The position numbers and the translations under genes are program-made. A DNA stretch of 64,000 nucleotides. It comes from Marsupella aquatica. Lineage: Eukaryota > Plantae > Marchantiophyta. How positions within the stretch are numbered: position 1 is the first letter of the stretch; every line of letters begins with the position of its first letter. The notes beneath the pieces were generated by a model. The model was not told where the DNA came from. It did not search any database and was given only the letters and a program-made list of their open reading frames with translations. Location of the stretch: positions 17,032,058 through 17,096,057 of the forward strand of contig OZ316897.1 of assembly GCA_973895155.1 (NCBI GenBank). The letters run 5' to 3'. Of the stretch, positions 54,248 through 64,000 are shown piece by piece.

Positions 54248-55370
54248 GCTGCATGCTCACCTGGGGTGCCAATGGGAAAGAAACTGACAAGAAAAAGAAG
54301 TGGCAGCCCCAAGGCTAGGAAATGAAACCCACAAAGGAAACAAACGGTGCAAGGCAGCAATGTGTCGAATGTGTAAACACACAGAAAAACCGTTACAAAG
54401 AAAAATTGTCGGCAAAGAAAAGCCCCTTAAAAACTCGGGAAAGGCCTAATGTTGGCGGCAATAAAGAAATCCGGGAAAGGAAACTAGAAGTGGCCCTCCC
54501 TTAAGTGTATACATCGGGCCCCTATGTGGACCCAAAAACTGGCAGGAAAAGGAAAACCAAAGAGGCACGCGTCAGCGGGAAAAGAAAACCGGGCCAAGTG
54601 GGACACAGGATCTGAAGTGTATACACATCAGCCCGATGTGGACCCGAGAGATGGAAACAGGTCGATCGTCGCGCAGCAAAAAAGCGAGACAAGCCGAAAA
54701 AGGCGAAAAGAAAACGGGAAGAGTGAGGCGAATAAAAAGAAATGAGCCCTGTGCATAGGGCTTCGCACCCCCCTCCCCCCTCCTTATGAGCTCTCGAAGC
54801 CTCCTTTTATTGCAGCATAGGGCCTCGTGCTCGGCCCCCCCTCCTGCCACCAGCTCTATTAAGACCAGGGCACGATGCCCTATGTGCGTAAGGCGGAGTG
54901 AAAGGAGCGCGCGCGGCCCTATGCTCGGCCCAGGGGCATTGATGGGCCCCGAATGTGTGTATACATAGGCACTCAGGCAGGGTAGCTGCCGGACCGAAAG
55001 CATCTCGCGACGGCAAAGAGTAAAGAAAAAGGGGTCGCGACCGGGGAATAGCTCGCGACGGAAATTGGCCGGGGAACACCAAAAAATGGCCCGAAAAAGG
55101 TCATGGCAGTCAGCAGCCGGCAGCCATAGTGGAAGCAGCAAAGGGTCCCCGGATGCAACCGGAAAGAAAAAATCGGGCTCCAACAGGAGCGTTATGTGTA
55201 TACTTATGTTAAGTATACACTTAACACCATATTGGACCCATAATTTCAACCCGTGCCTCCATTGTTGCTCAAAGAAATTGCACCGGCTTCGACAGAAATT
55301 GTCTGGACCGACATAGCAGCTGAGAAGCACAACGTCTTTGATCTTCTTCTCTTCACCGCTAACCCGGCGG

Positions 55371-55385
55371 CAGTTCTTCTTGAAT
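55371..55385 (-). other. Putative self-priming primer-binding site
   Basis: cagttcttcttgaat is the perfect reverse complement of attcaagaagaactg (55531-55545) inside A1; conserved in copy 1 (14178-14192 / 14334-14348). No TGG-type tRNA PBS is present. Confidence 0.72.
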
Positions 55386-55745
55386 AAAAGGCGTGATATA
55401 AACAAACGTACTGAAATCGAATCGAAAACCGGCGAGATGCCAAGATCGGCCGGGAGCATCTAACGAATCACTGTGTGAATTCCGTGTACGGAACCGACAA
55501 GCAGCCTCTGAAAAACTCTGTCTCACAGCAATTCAAGAAGAACTGAAGAACGGCAAAGAAAAACATGCCCTAAGTAGGACCGGGTCCAGGCGTCACACTA
55601 ACAAACCCCTTTTGCTTCAAGAACAGCCTAGACTCGCTACAAGAACATGACACTAACTCAAGTAGTACACTAGCCCTAACCATACCTAGCGGGCATGCGA
55701 GGGACATGCCGATGTGCACAAGCGGCACTGTCCCTCGGCATGACA
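55384..55745 (-). repeat. Terminal repeat A1 (362 bp), 5' end of copy 2
   Basis: Direct repeat of 46318-46679; homologous to 14191-14549. Confidence 0.95.
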
Positions 55746-55932
55746 TTGGCTCCAGTAAAGCTTCTCTGACACCACCCCCTCTAATAACATCATCCCAGTT
55801 CCAAATAGCATCCAGTCCCAAACAGACTGGATGCTATCTGGGTTAGAACACTAATTATGGGCCCCAAATGGCATCCAGTCCCAAGACAATGCTATTCAGG
55901 ATAGAGTCTTACTGATAAATGGCAAGCAATTA

Positions 55933-56140
55933 GAGGGGGGCTTTACAAGGCATAGGGGGAGTTCACTGCCTCTCCATGGGAAGCTAATGGCCATTTCTTT
56001 ACACAAAGTTAAAATGTCTGGACAAAAGTGTGTTCTGGTCTGGAATTAATCAAGGCAATTCTATGAAAAGAAGGGACCATTTGATCAAGTTTTTTAGACC
56101 ACCTCATAAGGAGGTCTAAGTTTTTGACAAAAAAAACAAG
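55933..56140 (+). mobile_element. Tourist-like MITE, truncated copy
   Basis: ggggggctttacaagg...ttagaccacctcataaggaggtctaagtttttgacaaaaaaa matches the 14624 and 34318 copies; right TIR not found. Confidence 0.78.
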
Positions 56141-56571
56141 CAAACAAATGCCTGAAATAAATTAATCTGATTGCTTTCCAACTCCTGGGCTCCATCCTCA
56201 TGCTCCTCATAATCACTTTATGTATAATCAATTGAGGTTTGCAGGTTTTGGGTATGCAATCTTCTACCTAAGCTCCAAATCCCGATCCACCAGTTCTTCT
56301 TTACCTCGGGGTCTCCTGTCAATCTAGGGGCCAATCCTTTCCATCGAATAATCTTTGCACGATTTTAAGTCTTCCATCCACTTTGGCAAGTCCTACTTGT
56401 GTCTTCAGTAACTCACTTCATAAAGCCCTTTGAGTAATGTTTTTATTGCTTCCTTCACATCTTTTCTCTTTCCCAAACTTGTTCCAGAGATTTCATTCGT
56501 CATTCTTACTAACAGACTCCAAATCAATTGGAGCCCCGAATCAAGATTTTCTTTACAACCCAAAGAAACTA

Positions 56572-57248
56572 GACTGTTCACCGTAATTAGTGTGAGTAAC
56601 ACTAATTTGAGAGCGCCCATTTTTGGGGTCTACTCACGAATTAGTGTTAGTCACATTAATTGCGAGCAAACTCTAATTCCGTGTGCGCCAAATACTGTTA
56701 TATAACACTAATTCACGTGGCTTTTTTACTCGTATCGCGCGACGCCAGAATGACTCGAGAATGATGGCAACCAGGCCTCTCATCATAGGCTCTTTGTTAG
56801 GGTATTCAGTTGTCACTCTCATTCAGGCTAATATTGATTGATGAGCACAATGTGAGCAGTAGTTCAATGTGAGCTAACAGAAAAAAGATCCCTAATAGAT
56901 GCTTTAGCCTCCACTACTATAGAGCTCTCCGCACCTCCAAATGCTCTACTGTTGGATGTGAAATAAAACCTCCAAAAACGATTGCGCACGGGAGTAAATG
57001 TTGTGGAGCCCTCAAATCCTTAGTAGATACTCACATAGCCCTCCACTACTACAGAACTTTCACCTCCAAATGCTCTATAGTAATATGTTGAACAAAACAT
57101 TTAAACAAAACCTCTTTTTTTTTTTTTGAAAGTCGGTATTAATTAGTGTTACTTTTGCTCTCAAATCAAGTTGACATAAATTAGGGTGACTAACACTAAT
57201 TTGAACATAACACTAATTCTGGCATAACACTAATTCCGGTGAATAGTG
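56572..57248. mobile_element. MITE with TIRs and repeated AACACTAATT motifs (possibly Tc1/mariner-type)
   Basis: gactgttcaccgtaattagtgt ... acactaattccggtgaatagtg; flanks ta / tg; many acactaatt/aattagtgt subterminal copies; internal ~43-bp direct repeat at ~56905 and ~57036. Confidence 0.7.
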
Positions 57249-57409
57249 TGGAGAAGCGAATAGGGATCAAGATATGTGGATGTCACTTTGTATTTGTTCT
57301 CCAGAACTTCGAAGCAAAAGGTCACCAACTTGAGGTTTCACGCTGCAAGTACCTGATCTGGAACTAGGCAACACGCACAAAATGATATTCATGTATCCCC
57401 TTTTGCATT

Positions 57410-57705
57410 CTCGGGGGTCTCACTACATGGGGACCTCCCCATCACCTGTGACGTTTTTAGGCCTTGGACCCCCTAAAATGTAAGAAAAAAATATTATTTT
57501 TTAACCCTTAGAAAGTTGGAATATTCTTGGAATATTCCAAAAATTGGACTAAAAGTCCCTAATATTCTTATAAGTCTCAAAATTGAATTTAAAAGACCCT
57601 ATTGTTCTTCTACAAAAATTCTTAAGTCTTCCCTTACAACCAATAAAATGACCATATCCTTCGTCGCACGTGATATGCCATTTTTGTGGAAGTGAAACCC
57701 CCGAG
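57410..57705 (+). mobile_element. ~296-bp MITE (same family as 11684), 8-bp TSD
   Basis: ctcgggggtctcact ... agtgaaacccccgag; TSD TTTGCATT. Confidence 0.95.
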
Positions 57706-58758
57706 TTTGCATTCGTGGCAACAGAACACAGATCGTAATTCGATACATTCAATACTACTACAAAAATTGAAAAACAATACTCTATACAGAGTATAAGTAG
57801 TCATACAAGTCAAAATACTTTTTTGCTGTGAATATCTATACAAGGAAAACTACGTGACATGGGAGCGCAAGGAATGCACCAAAAATGAAGCTCAAAAACA
57901 TATACGAGCTCCTCCTTAAACTACAATTTTTTGGAGGGGTGTCCACATGGCACAATTTGATTGGTCCATACAAAAAAGGATTGTGGCCAAAAGACTTTTT
58001 GAGTGACTGTAAAGTATCTTCTGAGAGATGACTGCTTTTAATTAAATGGGGGAAAAAGATGAAAGCGTGAATATGAGATAGTTCCCATTCATTTGAGTGT
58101 GCTTTTATTTACTTTATAAGTTTGTTTCAAAAGTGGATCTCTTTTATTCAATGTGGGTTTTTAGAATGTTTTAAATTAAACTTGGTAAGAAAAATTTGGA
58201 TCCATAGATCCTGTTGAGTACTTGTTGTGGGTTTTAGAGGAGTCTAATCTGGACATGGGATGAGAAAAAGAGATCGGGATCTGCATCGATATTCAAATAT
58301 GTATATGGATGAGTGACTCGCTGCAAGCAAAGAATGTGACATCTTTAAACCACACCTGCCACTATAAAAGCTTCATTCCATGTCTCACTACTCACCATAA
58401 AAGATGGAACACTAGCACCTTTTGTGGAGTACTTGTCAAAAAAAAGTTTTGCAGTCAGCACCTTTTGTGGAGCTCAAAGCCCATTTCTGAACTTGTACTC
58501 TTTAGAATGAGAACTACGGGTTACCCGTAGCCGGGGCAGGTGTGGTTTAATTGAGTAATAGATGTTTGAATCCCTATTGTATTTGTGTGAGAAGGGAAAA
58601 CACACAAGCCTTGCTCGGATTAAAAGTAACTCAGTGCATTAAGGAACTGTAGTTCAACATATATGGTAGAGGTGCAGTAGCTAAGTCAACCTTTGCTTAA
58701 ATTTTAATCATGCCACAACATTAAGGGACTCATATGCATGTTATTCCTCCCATTTTTT

Positions 58759-59103
58759 TGTTAGGATTTACTCTTAGGTCTAGAGTTACAAATGTACCGT
58801 AGTTAAGACTAACCTTCATCGCAGACTTGGTTAGGTTAGTCATGCTGTGCACACTCTATAACCAAGCGGTGTTTGCTTGGAGAGGTGAAACTCAAGCTCA
58901 TTGTTACGGAGCCAGTTGAGAGATAGGGAGAGCTTGTGCTGTGAATGCTTGGTATGGCCGGTCGGTCTAGAGTGCAGTAAAGTTCTTGTGTGTTCCCGTG
59001 GACGTAGCCTCATGTGGAGGTGAACCACGTATCTCTCTGTGTCGACTATTGTGCATTGAATGGTTCATGGGCTTGCCGTTGCAATCATCGTCTATGCTCA
59101 ACA
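58759..59103 (+). mobile_element. Solo LTR (~345 bp)
   Basis: tgttagg...gctcaaca; 5-bp TSD TTTTT; homologous to 14904-15247. Confidence 0.88.
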
Positions 59104-61368
59104 TTTTTCTTAGAGATCCAATTTTATGTGATATCTCTTTTTGATTTTGACTTGTCAAGGGTGAAAGATGAAATTATTGTCTGAAGGTTCTTGATTGGGA
59201 TGGATAGTGTCTTCCATAATGATCTCGACTTATTTATGGTATTCTCCATTTTGATTAATTTTGATTTTGGACAAACTTTTGGGTAAAATTTTGTTTTCCA
59301 GTAAAACATAGAGTTTTCTGCTATATCAAAAACACACTTCTGGTTTAATAGTCATAGTTCTCATTAGGTAAGTCATGGTGTTCTTGATGATTATGGGTCG
59401 ATTGAATCTACCCAGGCTTTAACCAATTGAACCCAATTGTAGCATGAATTATTTCTTAGCCTGTGCATCACAAGTCTACACGATTCTGGGCCAAGAGGGA
59501 AATCATAAATTGCCGCCCTAGCTTGGGTACCCAGAAAACACCGACTTCCTATACTCAAAGATAAGGCTCACATGATCAGCAATGAAATGAATCCGAGAGC
59601 ACGAGTAGCTCGAACAGATCGCCAGTGGTGATGCCCAATTCCTTCTGGAAGCTCCCCACCTCAAACTTCCAACAATTGACGACTCTTATTAGGCACCTGT
59701 TCTGCACCCACAATTGCAATCCTGTGAAATGATTGCGTTCACCAGTGGTCGCAGCGTAGAGTCTAGAGATCCCCAAGCGTGATCCACTGTACCTTGCAAC
59801 AAAAGCACGTAGCTGATAGATTTATACTCGCATGCCCATGTATCTGCCTGTAGTCGGTGAATCTATCTGTGCGAGGCACAATGGTTAACTGCAGGTATGT
59901 ATGAATGTCGTGCGTGCAAAGGTTCTAGACCGGCGATTTATAGCTATATCCAAGAAGAAGAATTTAACTCTCTGAGAACTCAGGATGACATTGGTGGATT
60001 CAGAGCATGCCTCGATCTGTCGTAGTGGCAGCAAGTCAGGACGGGTATGGGGATCGATAGTGTGCAAGGATTGATAGCGATTACGAGCTGACGACCAATT
60101 CTAATAACACCTAAACTTCCATCATGGTCTAATGTTGAATGGTCGTCTCCTTAAGTCAATTAACCAATTTCACGAGATATGGCCACCCTGTTTGCACAAA
60201 TTGTCGCGCAATGATCTTCGAGGAAGGTGAAGCTCATGTGTAAAACTATCTCTGGTCACACTTTCCGACCACTCATCAAATCAGTTTTTCTCAAATTCTA
60301 TCTTGATTTCAAACCGAGTTGCTATTGGTCACCATGCATTTCCGACGTAACTAAACTACGAATCAATTAGAAGGGAACTTAACTTTGTCTTGGTGAGATT
60401 GGGTCCTGTCTTTCTACAGTTGCAGCTGCCCAACTCTACCTCCATCTCGAACCTGAAATAGACATGCGCAAAAACACGTTACGACTGAGATTCCTGAAAG
60501 CAGATAAGGTCTTCTTAGTCTTTCCCTACCGGATGCAACAAGCAATACCTTGGTTCTACACCTTGGTTCTACACCTTGATTCAACACCTTGATCTATTCA
60601 CCTCGTGATGAATAGATCGACAACGAGGCCAGTTTACCGCTCAATCGATGTACTTCGTTCATAATGTGGAAACCTCCCAACTGATGTTATTTCCAGGAAC
60701 CGAACCCTGAATTGTTTTTGCGTACTGTTCTGCCTTTTTGTCGCGCTCTTGCGCGCGTGGCCTGGGCAACTTGGGTGGTGGGGTTCCCGAAAATCCCATC
60801 TTCTTGAGCCAATTGCCTATCTATCAGATATCTATGAAGTATAATAATAGATTTTATTCTTTCCATTTGACTCGCCCTGCTGTAGGTGGACTCTCTCGGA
60901 TACGACACTGATCATAAGCAGGAGTTGAAATAAATGACCATTCCACAATGCCCCCGTTTCCGGCCTCTTTCCTTTTTCGCTTGCGTTGTTGGGGCAAAGT
61001 ACAGGAGTAAGTTGTTGTTCCGCTCTGTTCTGCTCGACGATGTGGCTCTGGCATCGAGAGTGCAGGCTAACATTCTCTGTTCTGAACTTGTTGAGAGAGT
61101 GGGGGGAGACACAGAGACACAGAGACACAGATAAAGAGTGGAGGCCTCCAAATATCTCTCCGGTGGAATGTCAGCGATGGTTCTCAGCTTGAGGGAACTG
61201 ATATCCACTGGCACAACGCGAGAAGGAAGTATTTGGAGAAGGTTGGAATAGAATTATAGCTGGTTAAGGTTTGGGTTTTGTTCTCGTTCTGATTTGTCCC
61301 GTGTCTTCTTCTTCTGGAGGTTGAGTTTTGGTTTTCTCGATTAGTTTTCGACTGTTTTGTTATTGAGT

Positions 61369-61779
61369 ATGGTGCGTGTTGGAAAGAATTCCGACATTCT
61401 TCCCCTCGATCCAGAGCAGATCGAGAGGAAACAGAAGGTGAGCAAAATCTTCCATCACTTCGACGCAAATGGGGATGGGGGGCTCGACAGGAAGGAAATG
61501 GCAGCGCTGGTGATAGCCGTGAATCGTCGGGTCAAGTTCTCGGAGGTGCAAATCAGCACTATTCTGGACGAGGTGTTCCGGTTGTATGGACAGTACATTG
61601 CGGGCGACACGGGGCTGAGCTTGGACGGGCTTGTGAGAAGTTACGATGATGGAGCAGGGGACGTGGACAGGGATTTTGATGCTTTGGGTCTGGATTTGGA
61701 GGACGCTAGAGGAGGAAGGCTTATGGAAGATCCTGATGGGGCAGCTGAAGTAGAAGCAGGTGCAGCAGTTGCAAAATGA
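61369..61779 (+). CDS. EF-hand protein (136 aa) resembling the N-terminus of plant calcium-binding TPR proteins (At1g05150/At2g32450 family)
   Basis: KVSKIFHHFDANGDGGLDRKEMAALVIAVN..VKFSEVQISTILDEVFRLYG...GLSLDGLVRSYDDGAGDVDRDFDALGL; canonical DxNxDGxLxxxE loop. Confidence 0.82.
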   Translation: MVRVGKNSDILPLDPEQIERKQKVSKIFHHFDANGDGGLDRKEMAALVIAVNRRVKFSEVQISTILDEVFRLYGQYIAGDTGLSLDGLVRSYDDGAGDVDRDFDALGLDLEDARGGRLMEDPDGAAEVEAGAAVAK

Positions 61780-62420
61780 GGGTTGGAAAGGGGAGAGACA
61801 TCCTTGGAAGATGCTCTTGGCCCGAATGGATTAGTGTCCATCGGTTAAGAATGCAATCTTGGGATGATTATGCACTTCCAACTCAAGAACATGGAAATGA
61901 ACTATGTTAATACTGTAGATGTGAACATATGCAAAATAGTTCGAACATTTAGAGACCGTAATGACCATGTAGATTGTGTACAGCAGATGTCACTACGAGT
62001 GAAGCATTTGTAATTATTGTCGTGGAGTACTGAACCCTGACTCGCACTTTGCAATGACATATTTCTCATTAATAGTAATCTTGCAGAGGGATTTCGCAGA
62101 AATTTGGTCCCATACAGGTGTACCTATATCATTTCTTTCGCAGGGAATGTGTTCGGACAGGTTTCCCACATCGATGTATTCCTAGAGTTAGCTGTCTTGG
62201 GAGGGAACCAGTATGAGAGGGTGTCGGTGCTCAGAAAGAATCATCAGGGTCTCAAACCTGCACATTCCCAAGAATTTAAGCATACAGCAAGAATCACTAG
62301 GGTGTCTCAAAGTTACGCATTCCCAATAATTTTTAACAGCCGTGATGGAAAACATGTGTTTGAGGTCATGACCAGGGATTTTGGTCAAATAACAGTTGTT
62401 CGAGATCATGTCCAAAACTG

Positions 62421-62782
62421 GGATTTTGGTCCAATTCACCGTATCTGGGCTTTGCTTTGAGATGGGTTACACCACGCCCCCACGGAACAGTGCACATCAT
62501 GAATTTTTCAATGAGCCCCGACCATTCTTGAAGGGCACCAATGCATTTATTGTGGATCAAATCTACGTGCGGACACCATTGCACCGACCACCCAAGTTGT
62601 TTTGGAATTTTGGTCCAATTCACCGTATCTGGGCTTTGCTTTGGGATGGGTTACACCACGCACCCACGGAACAGTGCACATCATGAATTTTTCAATGAGC
62701 CCCGACCATTCTTGAAGGGCGCCAACACATTTATCGTGGATCAAATCTACGTGTGGACACCAGTGCACCGACCACCTAAGTT
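62421..62782. repeat. ~183-bp tandem duplication
   Basis: ttttggtccaattcaccgtatctgggc...gcaccgaccac repeated at ~62424 and ~62608 with few mismatches. Confidence 0.9.
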
Positions 62783-64000
62783 ACTGACGGTCATGGTTTG
62801 TGAGAAACATAAATTTTTGGCGACACAATTTTGGTCATGAGAAACCTCCAGGAAATAGCTAGTTTGAGACTCCCCATTATAGTTTGAGACTCCCCATTAG
62901 AAAGGGCCTATTAGAAAGGATGATTGGATTGAGGGCAACATAGAGGGAAGCAAAAAGGACTTTCAGGTGGGTCGGAATGATAGATATGACGTTAGAGAAT
63001 CAGTGTCAGATACCCTGTCAGATGTTGGAAACCTTATGTAACTCAGGCTTGAGAGGAATCAGTTGACGATCTCGTAATTGCACCAAACTCCTTTCTAAAA
63101 GTAAGGATGGCTTCCGTCGCTCCCACCTAACCATCTGGATTTCTGGCACGCAGTACAGGTACTTTACGTGTACAAAGTCAAGCTACCATTTTAAACCACT
63201 CGTCAGTGGTCTGGCAGGTTGATCCCTTCACGATGGATCGCTTCGGATGTCTTACTAGCTGATTGATCTGCCAGTGGCATTCTAAAGCCCCATAATCATA
63301 GTTGTCTCGATTGAAGTAAAAAATTGCTCAAAATCTATATCCTTATGACTGGTTTTTTACGATGTCGCTTACCATTATAATTATGAATTGCTGATGCAAT
63401 GTGGGTTGAATAATCTTCCTGAGTTGCAAGTCCAAATCATGGTACTACAACACCACTGATCATAGATGGAATGCATTTTCAGTATTGCTTTATCGATCTT
63501 TCCAGCTTCGGGAGAATCGTATTGATGGTTGTGTGCTGCATGGGTAGCAGTATGCTGAGATTGGACCGGAAGGGATAGTCCCATGGTCAAGTTAAAATGT
63601 TTCCAGATTTGTTTTTGCTCACTAGTGTAAAACGATAATGTTGTGGCTGGAATTCTGCTCAGTACTGGATACAGATACGCTGTCACGCACGTACCTGTGC
63701 GGCTATGGTCAAATTTGTACATTGCTAATGATTGCTTCCTTGCGAAATTGTGTGAGCTCTGGCTTCACCATTAGAGCAGCACTGAATTGCACGGTTGGTA
63801 TGAATAATTGCAATAAACTGAACGTAGGGAGATGCCAAGGAACATTCTTTCCACGGTAGAGCTTTCATTGACTGGGCACATACATCATTATCGGTCTGAA
63901 GAGAATCCCGGGATGGCAAGGTGTCTGAAGTTGTTTTGCATAATGCTAATGATGAGAAGACTAACCTTGAGCTTGCTCTGACCCAGAAACTCAACAAGAC

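Larger units (their letters stand above)
46140..55745 (-). mobile_element. Ty3/Gypsy-type DNMT/PHD retrotransposon, copy 2 (full-length; split direct repeats A1-ORF-B1-A2-B2)
   Basis: Element-sense TGTCATG...CACGACA termini and a 4-bp TSD TTGG (46136-46139 / 55746-55749) enclose the whole unit. A1 55384-55745, B1 46682-46859, A2 46318-46679, B2 46140-46317. Confidence 0.95.

Noticed and set aside
54572-55459. 295-aa ORF in the leader of copy 2
   Set aside because: Non-ATG start, overlaps the terminal repeat, no domain, and not preserved in copy 1.
46140-55745. DIRS/Ngaro/PAT tyrosine-recombinase element
   Set aside because: The ORF contains a protease and an HHCC/DDE integrase, no recognisable tyrosine recombinase, and the insertion has a TSD.
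55811-55843. 12-bp inverted repeat tagcatccagtc/gactggatgcta beside copy 2
   Set aside because: Isolated small hairpin outside the TSD, with no counterpart at copy 1.
62104-62840. Several short ORFs across the 183-bp duplication
   Set aside because: No identifiable protein family; explained as a local tandem duplication.

Overview
Eukaryotic, intron-containing land-plant DNA (probably a seed-free plant such as a liverwort; this is inference only). It has three host genes: the 3' part of a group IIb WRKY gene, an HCD-type MAPKKK and a short EF-hand ORF. They sit in a dense, nested transposon landscape. Two elements stand out. (1) A Ty3/Gypsy-type retrotransposon with the order gag-protease-C5 cytosine methyltransferase-RT-RNase H-DDE integrase-PHD finger and no ordinary LTRs. 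The complete copy (46140-55745, minus strand, TG...CA, 4-bp TSD TTGG) has split direct repeats A1-[ORF]-B1-A2-B2, like PAT/Ngaro tyrosine-recombinase elements. It also has a Tf1-like self-priming inverted repeat instead of a tRNA PBS, and an internal CA-AC-TG junction. Together these suggest integration of a circular cDNA cut inside the LTR. Two predicted derivative forms are also present: A-ORF-B at 7102-14549 and solo A-B at 15814-16322. (2) A 10-kb Sola1-like DNA transposon (23031-33049), inserted in a Harbinger element, carries a divergently transcribed, spliced gene for a ParB-like domain fused to a beta-class N6-adenine/N4-cytosine methyltransferase and is enriched in TCATGA palindromes. 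All transposon ORFs here are disrupted. Several MITE families and solo LTRs with clean TSDs complete the window. All alignments and counts were done by eye.
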